Part shown: piece after piece, positions 28,199 to 38,220 of the stretch
Numbering within the stretch: the stretch's first letter is position 1
Layout: every line of letters begins with the position of its first letter
Origin: Solirubrobacteraceae bacterium
GTDB lineage: Bacteria; Actinomycetota; Thermoleophilia; Solirubrobacterales; Solirubrobacteraceae
Length of the DNA: 64,000 nucleotides
Reading direction: 5' to 3'
NCBI GenBank assembly: GCA_052145475.1
Contig: JBKQOO010000086.1
Location: 21,360-85,359 of the forward strand
Notes under the pieces: generated by a model
The model's input: only the letters and a program-made list of their open reading frames with translations
Told to the model about the DNA's origin: nothing
Database searches by the model: none
Translations under genes and position numbers: made by a program

Positions 28199-30588
28199 GA
28201 TTCGTCGCTGCGCGCGACCTCGACGACGAGGTGCTTGGTGACGGGTTGTTCGCTCTGCGTGCTGAAGTCGGCGATCCCGCACAGCACGTTCAGCTCGGGC
28301 ATGTAGCCGGCCGCACAGCCGGGGGGGAGGTCATAGCGGATCGCCCGGTAGCCGTAGACCTTCCGCTCTGTGCCGTCCTTCGAGAAGCTCGTGACGTCGA
28401 CCAGGTCGAACTCGCCAAGGCCACGCTCGCTCATGTCGTCGTCGTTCATGAAGATCACGGTCCGCAGCCCCTTCAGGCCGCGGTAGCGATCGTCGTTGGA
28501 GTAGATGCTGGTGTTGAACTGATCGTGCGAGCGGACCGTCGCCAGCATCAGACGGCCCGCGCCCGGGTCGACATCGTCGGGGAGCGGCGCGCTGGAGAAC
28601 TCGGCGCGAGTGGACGGAGTCTCGAACACGCGCTCCCTTGCGAGCTGAAGGATCCGGAAGCCGTGCGGGTGGCGGGCGCGGGCGTTGAAGTCCTCGAACC
28701 CGACCAGCACGTTCGCCATCACGTCGCGGATCCGGTCGTAGTCGTCGATGTAGTCCTGCCAGGGAGTCCCGCTGTCGGGCAGCGTGGCCTGCGCCATCCC
28801 GGCCAGGATCGCGCACTCGGAGCGCATCTGCGGCGAGCCGGGGGCCTTCATCCCGTAGGAGATGTGCACCATCGACATCGAGTCCTCGACCGTCACGCCC
28901 TGCTTGCCGCTTGCCTGGCGGTCCTCGTCGGAGCGAGCCAGGCAGGGAAGGATCAGAGCCTGCTCACCATGCACGATGTGGCTGCGGTTGAGCTTGGTGC
29001 TGACCTGCACGGTCAGCTCGCAGTTCCGCAGCGACTCGAACGTGTAGGGCTGGTCGGGCGCTGCCAGCGCGAAGTTTCCGCCCAGCGCGACGAACACCTT
29101 CACCTCGCCTCTGTGCATCGCCTCGATCGTCGCCACGGTGCCGAGCCCGTGTTCGCGGGGCGGCTCGAACCCACAGACCTCGCCGAGCCGATCGAGAAAG
29201 GCGTCATCGGGACGATGGTTGATTCCGCATGTCCGGTTGCCCTGCACGTTGCTGTGTCCCCGGATCGGGCAGGGCCCCGCGCCTTCGCGCCCGATGTTGC
29301 CGCGCAGGAGCATCAGGTTGACGATCTCACGGATCGTGTCGACGCCGTGCTCGTGCTGCGTGACGCCGAGGCACCAGGCGATGATCACGCGCCGGGATGC
29401 CAGGTAGGAGTCGGCGAGCTTGCGGATCGCCTGCTCATCGACCCCCGAGTCGTGCACGAGGCGTGCCCATGGAGTGGATTCGACGACTGCGCGGTACTCC
29501 TCGACACCCTGCGTGAACTGCTCGATGAAGTCGTGGTCCAGGGCATCCGTCTGGTGCTCGGCCGCCTCGAAGACGGCCTTGGCCACACCCCTCAGGAGCG
29601 CCATGTCGCCGCCGACCCGCACCTGCACGTTCATCGTGCCCGTCCTGGTCGTGTGGAACGTCGCCATGTCGACGAACTCGTGGGGCACGATCGTCCGCCT
29701 GGAGGCCGCCTCGAGCAGCGGGTTGATGTGGATCAGCTGGGCGCCGCGCCGGTCGGCTTCGGCCAGCCACGTGAGCATCCGCGGGGCGTTCGTGGCGGCG
29801 TTGTCGGCCATCAGCCAGATCGCGTCAGCCTGCTCCCAGTCGTGCAGGTCGACCGTGCCCTTGCCCGTTCCGAGCGCGGCGGTCAGGGCCCGGCCGCTCG
29901 CCTCGTGGCACATGTTGGAGCAGTCGGGAAGATTGTTCGTGCCGAACTCGCGCACCCACAGCTGGTACAGGAACGTGGCCTCGTTGCTGAGCCGGCCCGA
30001 GGTGTAGAAGGAGGCCTGGTCCGGACTGTCGAGCCCCCGCAACGTGCTGCCGAGGAGCGCGAAGGCGTCCTCCCAGGAGATCGGCTCGTACCTGTCGCTC
30101 GCCGCGTTGTAGCTCATCGGCTCGGCGAGCCGCCCGACCGCCTCCAGGTCGTGGTCGTTCCACCCGGCCAGCTCGCTGACGGTGTGGGCGGCGAAGAACT
30201 CGCGATCGGCCTTGGCGCGCGCGAGCTCCCAGGTGACGTGCTTGATGCCGTTCTCGCAGACATCGAGGTGCAGCCCGTTCGGATCGTCCGGCCAGGCACA
30301 GCCGGGACAGTCGAACCCGCCGTCCTCGTGGTTCATCACGAACAGCGCCCGCAAGCCCTCCATCGGCTCCTGGGATCGCTCGAGCACCTCCCCGACGCTG
30401 CGCGAGGCACCCCACCCCGCAGCAGGATGGTGGTAGTCGTGGCGCGAGTAGTCGCCGTCGGGTGCCGGTCCGCGCCCCAGCGCCGGCGCCCCGGGCACAG
30501 CCCCGAGCATCAGCTGCTCCGCGTCCTGCCTTGGCTTGGCGTCCTGCCGCTGGTCGGCCTCCTGCCTGCCGTTCGGTGGCGACACCAC
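28177..30588 (-). CDS. FdhF/YdeP family molybdopterin oxidoreductase
   Basis: GFDCPGCAWPD, CENGIK, FYTSGR, NNLPDCSNMCHEASG, RGHSNVQG, RSHDQFNTSIY; RBS GGAAGGAGG. Confidence 0.95.
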   Translation of the reverse strand: MVSPPNGRQEADQRQDAKPRQDAEQLMLGAVPGAPALGRGPAPDGDYSRHDYHHPAAGWGASRSVGEVLERSQEPMEGLRALFVMNHEDGGFDCPGCAWPDDPNGLHLDVCENGIKHVTWELARAKADREFFAAHTVSELAGWNDHDLEAVGRLAEPMSYNAASDRYEPISWEDAFALLGSTLRGLDSPDQASFYTSGRLSNEATFLYQLWVREFGTNNLPDCSNMCHEASGRALTAALGTGKGTVDLHDWEQADAIWLMADNAATNAPRMLTWLAEADRRGAQLIHINPLLEAASRRTIVPHEFVDMATFHTTRTGTMNVQVRVGGDMALLRGVAKAVFEAAEHQTDALDHDFIEQFTQGVEEYRAVVESTPWARLVHDSGVDEQAIRKLADSYLASRRVIIAWCLGVTQHEHGVDTIREIVNLMLLRGNIGREGAGPCPIRGHSNVQGNRTCGINHRPDDAFLDRLGEVCGFEPPREHGLGTVATIEAMHRGEVKVFVALGGNFALAAPDQPYTFESLRNCELTVQVSTKLNRSHIVHGEQALILPCLARSDEDRQASGKQGVTVEDSMSMVHISYGMKAPGSPQMRSECAILAGMAQATLPDSGTPWQDYIDDYDRIRDVMANVLVGFEDFNARARHPHGFRILQLARERVFETPSTRAEFSSAPLPDDVDPGAGRLMLATVRSHDQFNTSIYSNDDRYRGLKGLRTVIFMNDDDMSERGLGEFDLVDVTSFSKDGTERKVYGYRAIRYDLPPGCAAGYMPELNVLCGIADFSTQSEQPVTKHLVVEVARSDESQPKVST

Positions 30589-30679
30589 GTCCCTCCTTCC
30601 GAGGGGAGAACAAGCTCCGCAACGGCCGAGACCGTTCACGATGATAAACCGCCGCCGCGAGCTCCGCCGGCGGGACGGC

Positions 30680-31477
30680 CTAGGCGGTCGCAGCCACGCG
30701 CTCGTCATGCGCGTACACGTGCATCGAGCCGCGCCTCGCGAAGCCGCACAGCGTCACGCCTCGGGCCACCGCCAGATCGACCGCCAACGATGTCGGCGCG
30801 CCCACGCCCACAAGGATCGGCGCACCGGCGACGGCCGCCTTCTGGACGAGCTCGAATGACAGCCGGCCGCTGACACACAGGAGCGCCCCGTTCAGCGGCA
30901 CGCGCCCGGCGAGCAGAGCCCAGCCGACGACCTTGTCCATCGCGTTGTGACGACCCACGTCCTCCCGCACGCAGACGAGCTCGCCGTCAGCCTCGAAGAG
31001 TCCCGTGGCGTGCAGCCCGCCAGTGCTCGTGAAGCCGGGCTGGAGCAGCCGATCGGGTAGGCCCGCGAGCAGCGCCCTGGCGACCACCGGCCCGGGAGGA
31101 ACAGTGCGTGCGTGGACCGCCACCTCCTCCAGCGCGCCCTTGCCGCAGACGCCGCACGAGGAGGTGGTGTAGAAGCGCCTCGTCCGGGGCTGACGCGTGA
31201 GCCGGCCCCGGACTTCGATCGTGTTCGCGGCGAAGTCGTCGGTCAAGCCCAGCTCCGGCGGGGAATCGATCAGTCCCTCCCCGTAGAGGAAACCCGCCGA
31301 GAGCTCCTCGTCATGGCCCGGGGTCCGCATCGTGACCGCGATCGGCTCTCCACCGACACGGATCTCCAGCGGCTCCTCGACCGCCACGAGGTCACTCTCG
31401 CCGTCCCGCAGCACGCGCTTCAGCGCCCCGTCGGCAACCAGCCTCGCTGACCCGTCGGCGGGCTCCGGGTAGGTCAT
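30680..31477 (-). CDS. fdhD: Formate dehydrogenase accessory sulfurtransferase
   Basis: TMRTPG, SSCGVCGK, TGGLHA, EDVGRHNAMDK, SGRLSFELVQK. Confidence 0.95.
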   Translation of the reverse strand: MTYPEPADGSARLVADGALKRVLRDGESDLVAVEEPLEIRVGGEPIAVTMRTPGHDEELSAGFLYGEGLIDSPPELGLTDDFAANTIEVRGRLTRQPRTRRFYTTSSCGVCGKGALEEVAVHARTVPPGPVVARALLAGLPDRLLQPGFTSTGGLHATGLFEADGELVCVREDVGRHNAMDKVVGWALLAGRVPLNGALLCVSGRLSFELVQKAAVAGAPILVGVGAPTSLAVDLAVARGVTLCGFARRGSMHVYAHDERVAATA

Positions 31478-31581
31478 CTGCTGACCGTCGCTGGCATCGC
31501 GACGCTAACGCTAGCCGCTGCTCGTGCCGGTCGGCCTCGACTGCTCACCCCCACAGCGATCGTCCCGGCTAAGCTGCCGGC

Positions 31582-31821
31582 GTGACCAGGGACGAGTGGA
31601 TCGCCCGGTTCGCCGGCGACGCCGGGATCGAGCGGCCATCGCCAGAGCAGGTGCGGGAGCTGCTGGAGTTGGCGGGCAGCGCCGCCCACGCCTCCGAAAG
31701 GACCGCGGCGCCGATCGCGTGCTGGATCGCAGGGCGCTCGGGCATGTCGCTCACCCAGCTGCGTGACCTCGCCTCGCGTATCGAGCGCGAGGCCTCGCCC
31801 GATGTCGCGCAGGACGGCTAG
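31582..31821 (+). CDS. DUF6457-like small protein (Moco gene neighbour)
   Basis: LLELAGSAAHASERTAAP. Confidence 0.75.
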   Translation: MTRDEWIARFAGDAGIERPSPEQVRELLELAGSAAHASERTAAPIACWIAGRSGMSLTQLRDLASRIEREASPDVAQDG

Positions 31822-32423
31822 GGCGCAGGTCGCGAGAGCCAACCCTCGGCGACCTGCAGACCCCGCGGGCAGTTGACGTTGAAGCACAGGCGGGCCGGGT
31901 CTCCGAACCGGCCCAGGTCCTGCTCGTCCACGATGCGCGGCGATAACGCCCGCACGGTCTCCCGCAAGGGACGCTCCACCGCCAGCGCCTCGCGCAGAAC
32001 CGGCAGGTCTGATGGGACGTAGCGGCCGAGCGTCGGCTGCAGACGACCGTCGATCGAGGCCACCGCTGCTCCCTCGAGCTCCGCGAGCCAGGCGAGCAGC
32101 GCGCCCGTGACGAACGGCATGTCGCAAGCCACGACCACGACCGCGGCATGCCCGGAGCGCTCCTGAGCGAACGAGAGCGCCCGCACGACGCCGCACAGTG
32201 GGTGGGTTGGTTGATCGGCCTCGTAGAGCACCCTCGCGACGAGCTCCGGCAGGAGCGAGCGCCTCTTCGCGACCACCACCGCCTCCAGTTCCGCGTCGCG
32301 AGCGGCCGTCAGCGGGTAGCCGAGCAGCGGCCGCCCCGCCAACGTCGTCCTCGCCTTGGCTCCCCCCAGGCGCTGTCCCCGTCCGCCAGCCAGCACCGCC
32401 ACCAAACCGTCACGTTCACCCAT
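31818..32423 (-). CDS. mobA: Molybdenum cofactor guanylyltransferase
   Basis: VLAGGRGQRLGGAK, HPLCGV, VACDMPFV, FNVN. Confidence 0.88.
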   Translation of the reverse strand: MGERDGLVAVLAGGRGQRLGGAKARTTLAGRPLLGYPLTAARDAELEAVVVAKRRSLLPELVARVLYEADQPTHPLCGVVRALSFAQERSGHAAVVVVACDMPFVTGALLAWLAELEGAAVASIDGRLQPTLGRYVPSDLPVLREALAVERPLRETVRALSPRIVDEQDLGRFGDPARLCFNVNCPRGLQVAEGWLSRPAP

Positions 32424-32539
32424 CCGCTCGTCAGTGTGCCACCGGGGACTGCGCGGACCGCGAGCGGCGGCGAGGCCGAGGCGCGCCCGAGCCCGCCTCC
32501 CGCCGGCACCCTCGTCGAGCTAGGCTCGTGGCGCTGGCC

Positions 32540-33778
32540 ATGGCAGCCCCACTGACCGAGATAGGCACGGCCCGGCGGATCGTCCTGGAGCGCAGCGTCC
32601 GGCTCGGCAGCGAGCCCGTGCCTCTGGCCGAGGCCCTCGATCGCGTGCTGGCAGCCGCCGTCAACAGCGTCGATCCGGTCCCCGCCTTCGACAACTCAGC
32701 GATGGATGGCTTCGCTGTCAGGGCGGACAGCGTGCGCGGAGCCGGCCCTCTCACCCCGGTGACGTTGCAGACGGTAGGAGAGTCGCGAGCAGGGCATGCG
32801 CCGCGATCGCCTCTCAGCGTGGGCGAGGCCGCGCCCATCTCCACCGGTGCGGAGATCCCCGCGGGTGCCGACGCTGTCGTCCCGGTCGAGCAGACGCGCC
32901 TGCGTGACGGGCTCGTCGAGGTCCTGGAGGAGGTGCCGGCGGGCAGGCACGTCAGGCGGGCCGGCGCGGACATCCGAGCAGGACAGCGGGTCCTGGCCGC
33001 CGGCACCCGCCTCGGGGCAGCCGAGCTGGGAGTGCTCGCATCGCTGGGGCGACGAGAGGCCGACTGCAGCAAGCGCCCACGCGTCGCCGTGATCACCACC
33101 GGCGACGAGCTGCTGCGACCCGGCGAACCCCCGATGACCAACTCGATCTACGACTCCAACGCCTACTCGATCCCCGCCCTCGCCAGGCAGTTCGGTGGGG
33201 AGCTGCTGCCTGTCGTGACGGTCCGTGACGATGCCCGGGAGACGGAGCGCGCGATCGCGGATGCGATCGCCGCAGCGGACGTCGCGGTGCTGTGCGGCGG
33301 CGTGTCGGTCGGTGTTCACGACCACGTCCGGGAAGGTCTCGCGGCGCTCGGCGTGAACGAGCACTTCTGGGGCCTGGCGCTCCGGCCGGGCAAGCCGACC
33401 TGGTTCGGCACGTCGGGCGAGACGCTCGTGTTCGCCCTCCCCGGCAATCCGGTGTCAGCGATCGTGACGTTCATCCTGTTCGCCGCTCCGGCTCTCGCCG
33501 CCATGAGCGGCGCCTCAGACCGACTCCACCTCTCAACAGCGACGATCAGCAGCGACTACGCGAAGGTTCCCGGCCGGGCCCACGCCGTGCGCTGCCGACT
33601 TCGCCTGACCGAGCACGGGTGGCTGGCCGAGCCGACAGGCGCGCAGGGCTCACACGTGCTGACATCGATGCTCGGCGCGGACGCGCTGGCGATCATCCCG
33701 ACCGGGAAGGGCGATGTCCAGGCAGGCGAGCGGGTCGAGATCGTGCTCCTGCCGAACGCTGCCCTGCCCTTGGGGTGA
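32540..33778 (+). CDS. moeA: Molybdopterin molybdotransferase
   Basis: FDNSAMDGFAV, TTGDEL, IYDSN, GGVSVG, RPGKP, LPGNPVS, QGSH. Confidence 0.95.
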   Translation: MAAPLTEIGTARRIVLERSVRLGSEPVPLAEALDRVLAAAVNSVDPVPAFDNSAMDGFAVRADSVRGAGPLTPVTLQTVGESRAGHAPRSPLSVGEAAPISTGAEIPAGADAVVPVEQTRLRDGLVEVLEEVPAGRHVRRAGADIRAGQRVLAAGTRLGAAELGVLASLGRREADCSKRPRVAVITTGDELLRPGEPPMTNSIYDSNAYSIPALARQFGGELLPVVTVRDDARETERAIADAIAAADVAVLCGGVSVGVHDHVREGLAALGVNEHFWGLALRPGKPTWFGTSGETLVFALPGNPVSAIVTFILFAAPALAAMSGASDRLHLSTATISSDYAKVPGRAHAVRCRLRLTEHGWLAEPTGAQGSHVLTSMLGADALAIIPTGKGDVQAGERVEIVLLPNAALPLG

Positions 33779-33793
33779 GCGGTAGGCGATCGG

Positions 33794-34060
33794 TCAGATC
33801 TTCCCGCGCTCTGCCAGGTTTCGGTTTCGGGCGCTGCGGAGCATCACGGCCCCCAGGAAGCGGGCGAGGGTGCGGGGAACGATGAGCTCCACTTCGCCGC
33901 CATCCCGGTCGGCGGCGATCCGGATCGTGACCGTCTCGGACTGCTTGAGATGGGCTCGCGATCGCGGCGCCGGGAGCCCGGCCGGGTGCCGGCTGGCCCG
34001 CGCCCTGAGCTCGCTCTCGCGCTGGCGCGCAATCTCGGCATACAGATGGTCTCTTGCCAT
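33794..34060 (-). CDS. Small hypothetical protein divergent from the MocR regulator
   Basis: RBS GAGGT; MARDHLYAEIARQRESELR..., 88 aa. Confidence 0.55.
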   Translation of the reverse strand: MARDHLYAEIARQRESELRARASRHPAGLPAPRSRAHLKQSETVTIRIAADRDGGEVELIVPRTLARFLGAVMLRSARNRNLAERGKI

Positions 34061-34104
34061 TGATGTACCTCGAATCGGGCTTCCTGGCAGGTTTGAGCAG
34101 ATTT

Positions 34105-34159
34105 GATTGAACGTACACCCGAGTTCGAGGGATTGCAATGTCCAGCAATCTGTGATTGC
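34105..34159. promoter_or_regulatory. Putative MocR operator (GATTGC direct and inverted repeats)
   Basis: GATTGA 34105, GATTGC 34131, GCAATC 34145, GATTGC 34154. Confidence 0.6.
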
Positions 34160-35668
34160 ATGAGTAGCGTGGCAGGTAACCTTGTTGACCGTCTCCGTGC
34201 CGTCGACCGCGCCGGCAAGCGCTCCCTGACCATGCAGCTGTGTGACGTGTTCACCGAGGCGATCGCCAGCGGAGAGCTCGCGCCGGGCGCTCAGCTGCCG
34301 ACGACACGAGAGCTGGCCGGGATCGCCGGGATCAACCCGCTGACGGCCGGTCGCTGTTACAGGCGACTGCAGGAGCAGGGTCTGGTCGTCTCGACGGTGG
34401 GACGCGGCACATTCGTGCGTGCCGGCGCCGCCGCAGCCTCGGACGACCTCTCCTGGCAGACGTACGCGCTTGCGCCGCCACGGGGCGGGTATGCGGGGAG
34501 GATTCTCAGCGAGTTCCCCCAGCACGCGGGCAGCGCCGAGCTGATTCCCCTCTCGGTCGGCTACCCGGCGAGCGAGCAGATCCCGCTCGCCGAGCTGACC
34601 GGTGCTGTGCAGCGGGCGCTGGATCGGCAAGCGCTGGCAGGCTTCGAGTACTGCCCGATCGAGGGAGCGATCGAACTGCGCGAGGAGCTCGCTCGGCTCG
34701 GGCGCGCCCGCGGGCTGGATGACGACGCCAACAGCATTCTGGTCACCACCGGGGCGCGACAGGCCCTGACGCTGGTGGCCCGCGCCGTCCTGCGGGCGGG
34801 AGACGTGGTGGCGTGCGAGTCGCCCACCTACATGGGACTGATAGAGGCGCTGCGTGCGACCGGAGCCACGGTGATGCCGGTGCCTGTCGACGATCAGGGA
34901 TTCAGCGTCGAGGCGCTCGAACGGCTGTTGCGCGGGCACGAGGTGCGCCTCGTGGCTTTGCAGCCCCGCGGGCACAATCCCACCGGCCAGGACCTTTCCG
35001 GGGAGCGTCGGGCGCGCCTGTTGGAGCTCGCCTCGCGCCACGGGTTCTTCGTGCTCGAGGACGCCGTCTATGCCGATCTGCGATACGAGCACACAGACCC
35101 CGGACCGCTCAGAGCGCTTGACCCCGCACACGTCATCTACGTCGACTCGTTGTCGAAGACCGTCGCCCCCGGACTGCGCATCGGCTGGGTCGCGGCGACA
35201 GGGACCGTGCTCGACCGGATCATCGCCGAGAAGCGCGATGACGACGGCCAGAGCGCGACGCTGCCACAACAGGTGGCCGCGCAGTTCCTGGGCGAAGGCC
35301 TCTACCGCGAGCAGCTGGCCCGAGCACGCGAGTTCTACCGTCCGCGCCGCGACGCGGTGCTCGAGGCGCTCGCAAGGGAGCTCTCCGGGCTCGGGAGCTG
35401 CCTGCGCCCCAGCGCGGGCGGGCATGTCTGGGTGACGCTCCAGCAGGCCCGCGACGATGACGGGCTCTACCGCGCGGCGTTGGCGGCCGGTGTCAGCTAC
35501 GTCCCCGGCCCAGCGCTCCTGGTCGAGCCGCCCAGAGCAACCCACCTTCGACTCTCGTTCACGGCCGTGACGCCGGCACAGCTGCGCGAGGGCGTTCGGC
35601 GTCTGGCCAGGACGATCCGTGCTCAACCCCAGGCCGCCCGTCAGCGCCAGACGCTCCCTCAGGCCTAG
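34160..35668 (+). CDS. MocR/GabR family regulator (GntR HTH plus PLP aminotransferase domain)
   Basis: LPTTRELA...TAGRCY..L...G.V....GRGTFV; ESPTY, HNPTG, EDAVY, SLSKTVAPGLRIG. Confidence 0.95.
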   Translation: MSSVAGNLVDRLRAVDRAGKRSLTMQLCDVFTEAIASGELAPGAQLPTTRELAGIAGINPLTAGRCYRRLQEQGLVVSTVGRGTFVRAGAAAASDDLSWQTYALAPPRGGYAGRILSEFPQHAGSAELIPLSVGYPASEQIPLAELTGAVQRALDRQALAGFEYCPIEGAIELREELARLGRARGLDDDANSILVTTGARQALTLVARAVLRAGDVVACESPTYMGLIEALRATGATVMPVPVDDQGFSVEALERLLRGHEVRLVALQPRGHNPTGQDLSGERRARLLELASRHGFFVLEDAVYADLRYEHTDPGPLRALDPAHVIYVDSLSKTVAPGLRIGWVAATGTVLDRIIAEKRDDDGQSATLPQQVAAQFLGEGLYREQLARAREFYRPRRDAVLEALARELSGLGSCLRPSAGGHVWVTLQQARDDDGLYRAALAAGVSYVPGPALLVEPPRATHLRLSFTAVTPAQLREGVRRLARTIRAQPQAARQRQTLPQA

Positions 35669-35765
35669 TCACCGCATCGAGGCGTGGGCGCTCTTCGGGA
35701 GCCTCATCCCTTCACTTGACCCATCGACCGCCGGGACGCTGATGGGGAGCCTGTATAAGCAGAGC

Positions 35766-36914
35766 ATGAGCATGAGAACCCTGAGCCTGCGCGCTTCGGT
35801 CGGGCTGGCATCGGTCCTGCTCCTCTGCCTGGTCGCGGCGTGCTCGCCGTCGCTCTCCGCTGCGGCAGCCGGGCCCGTTGGCGCGATCGCGGTCAGCGGC
35901 AATCAGCTCGTCAACTGGGCGGGCGAACCGGTGGTCCTGCGCGGCGTCGACACCTCGGGCACCGAGTACGCGTGCGTCAGCGAGAAAAGCATCTTCGACG
36001 GCAGCGAAGAGGCCAGTCCGAGCTCGATCGCCGCGATGCAGTCCTGGGGCTTCAACGCGGCGCGCGTGGAGCTCAACGAGTCCTGTTGGCTGGGCGTGCA
36101 GGGTGTCAAGCCGGCGTACTCAGCAAGCGCCTATCGGGCAGCGATCGAGCAGTACGTGGACGCACTGAATGGGGCCGGGATGTACGTGATCGTCGACATG
36201 CACTTCTCCTCCACCGGCGGCGCCAGGAAGGCCACAGGGCAGGAGCCGATGCCGGACGCGCACTACGCGCCGGCCTTCTGGAGCTCGGTGGCCGAAGCGT
36301 TCAAGGGCAATCCAGCCGTGATCTTCGACCTGTTCAACGAGCCCTATCCCGACCGCAACACCGACTCGGAAGCTGCTTGGCGCTGTGTCCGTGACGGCAG
36401 CGCCGGCGGCACGTGCAGCGGCTTCCACTACCAGGCCGCCGGCATGCAGCAGCTGCTCGACGCGGTGCGGGCTACGGGGGCGAGCAACGTCGTGATGGTC
36501 GGCGGGCCGCAGTATGCCGGCGATCTCGACGACTGGCTGCAGTACGAGCCGCTCGATCCGCTGCACCAGCTTGCCGCGAGCATCCACATCTACTGGAAGA
36601 ACCCCGCGCACCCGGAATACTCGCCCTGCTACGACTCGGCCTGCTGGCAGCACGTGCTGGCGCCGCTGTCTGCCCAGGCGCCGATCGTGGTCGGCGAGTT
36701 CGGCGAGCTCGACTGCGGCGACACGCTCTATCCGCCATTGCTGGACTTCGCAGACCAACACGGCATCTCCTATCTCGGCTGGGCGTGGTTTGTCGGCAGC
36801 TGTGCGCGCGAGCCCTCCCTGATCAGCAGCTACTCCGGAACGCCCACTGCCTACGGGGTCGGCTACCGGCAGCACCTCGCCGAGCTCGGGCTGGGACCGG
36901 GGCCGTCAGGGTGA
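35766..36914 (+). CDS. Secreted glycoside hydrolase family 5 (cellulase-like)
   Basis: Signal peptide; LRGVD.SGTEYAC, FDLFNEP (acid/base), HIY, VGEFG (nucleophile), YLGWAW. Confidence 0.9.
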   Translation: MSMRTLSLRASVGLASVLLLCLVAACSPSLSAAAAGPVGAIAVSGNQLVNWAGEPVVLRGVDTSGTEYACVSEKSIFDGSEEASPSSIAAMQSWGFNAARVELNESCWLGVQGVKPAYSASAYRAAIEQYVDALNGAGMYVIVDMHFSSTGGARKATGQEPMPDAHYAPAFWSSVAEAFKGNPAVIFDLFNEPYPDRNTDSEAAWRCVRDGSAGGTCSGFHYQAAGMQQLLDAVRATGASNVVMVGGPQYAGDLDDWLQYEPLDPLHQLAASIHIYWKNPAHPEYSPCYDSACWQHVLAPLSAQAPIVVGEFGELDCGDTLYPPLLDFADQHGISYLGWAWFVGSCAREPSLISSYSGTPTAYGVGYRQHLAELGLGPGPSG

Positions 36915-36944
36915 GCGGCGCTCTCGCCGCATCGCTCGGCCGCT

Positions 36945-38117
36945 CTAGAACTGCAGCAACAGCAGCCCGACCGTGACGCCGGGGCCGATCGTGACAGCGA
37001 GACCGTGCTCGCCGGGCTTGGGATCTCGTTCGGCGATGGTGTCGTTGAGCACGTAGAAGATCGAAGGCGTGCCGACGTTGCCGTGTTCGGCAAGCGCGCG
37101 CCAGCTGACAGCCACGTCCTCGTCGTCGAGGCCGAGCGCGTCGCGGGCCTGCTCCACGATCCGTCGCCCACCGGGGTGGAGGATCCAGTGGTCGACTGCC
37201 TGCCGGTTCAGATGGTTCGATCGCAGGAAGTCGTTCACCAGCTCGGCGAGCTGATCAGCCGCGAGCGCCGGCAGCTCGACTGCCAGTTTCAGATGGCTGT
37301 CGTCCGTGTCGGCGGTGAGCTGGACGGCGTCGAGCGTGTTCGGGATCTGATGTACCCGGGTTGCGAGGATCGCCGGTCCGGCGGCGGCACGATCGGCGCT
37401 CAGCAGCGCCGCGGCGCAGCCATCGCCGAAGATCGCTGAGCCGACGGTCTTGGTCCGCGGGTCCCCGGGCCGGGCCGGCATCATGATCGAGCTCATGCTC
37501 TCGGCGGCGACGACGAGCACGCGACGGGAGGGATCGGAGTGGATGATCTGGACGGCGAGCCGCAGCAGCGGAACCGCGCTCGCGCACCCCACGCCGGTCA
37601 CGTGGTACTTGTCGGTGCCCGCCGGCATCCGGTAGTGCTCGATCAGGCGGTGCGCCAGGCTGGGGCAGCCGAGCGAGTAGAGGCTCGAGGTCAGGACCGT
37701 CCCGATCGAGCTCGGCTCGACGTCCAGATCGTTCACGGCCTGGGTCGCTGCCCGGAACAGCTCATCCTCGACCTCGCCGCTACGCGCCTGCAGATTGCGC
37801 TCGAGGAAGTCGGGATCCAGGTTCAGGTGCCGCCGCAGGACGCCCGAGCGGTTGAAGATGCCACGGGCGAACTCGTCGCCGGAGAGCCCGAGACGGTCCA
37901 GGGCGTCTTGCTGGGTCGAGTCTCCGGAACCGCCGAGGACTGCCAGGCCGGCCAGTCTCGGAGCCGGCCGGGCGAGCAGCCGCCCGGCCGGGTGCTCATG
38001 GAGCGAACTGCTCGTGGGGCGCGTTGGCGCTTTGGCTGGCGTGATGCTGGCTCCCGGGTCGGCGCTGTGGAGGACGCCCGACGATCGGCGAGCGTCTCTG
38101 GTAGATATCAGCCCCAA
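36945..38117 (-). CDS. Type III polyketide synthase (chalcone/stilbene synthase family); start uncertain
   Basis: Catalytic triad GVGCAS / HPGG / HGN; FGDG; GPG near the C-terminus. Confidence 0.88.
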   Translation of the reverse strand: MGLISTRDARRSSGVLHSADPGASITPAKAPTRPTSSSLHEHPAGRLLARPAPRLAGLAVLGGSGDSTQQDALDRLGLSGDEFARGIFNRSGVLRRHLNLDPDFLERNLQARSGEVEDELFRAATQAVNDLDVEPSSIGTVLTSSLYSLGCPSLAHRLIEHYRMPAGTDKYHVTGVGCASAVPLLRLAVQIIHSDPSRRVLVVAAESMSSIMMPARPGDPRTKTVGSAIFGDGCAAALLSADRAAAGPAILATRVHQIPNTLDAVQLTADTDDSHLKLAVELPALAADQLAELVNDFLRSNHLNRQAVDHWILHPGGRRIVEQARDALGLDDEDVAVSWRALAEHGNVGTPSIFYVLNDTIAERDPKPGEHGLAVTIGPGVTVGLLLLQF

Positions 38118-38220
38118 CGGTCGTGGACGCGGCGGGTTACCCCGGCGGGCGCGATCCTTCACCAGTTCTTATGGGCAAACGGTCAGGATGCGCCTCTCCG
38201 CCAGCGACCAAGGGGACCGT

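Noticed and set aside
28177-30588. Selenocysteine or readthrough in the formate-dehydrogenase-like gene
   Set aside because: The ligand is Cys (NMCHE) and there is no in-frame TGA
27184-30873. 1229-aa plus-strand ORF and other long Arg/Pro-rich ORFs (e.g. 12777-15755, 39067-41526, 8292-10115)
   Set aside because: Antisense or off-frame shadows of well-supported genes, expected in high-GC DNA; no recognisable motifs
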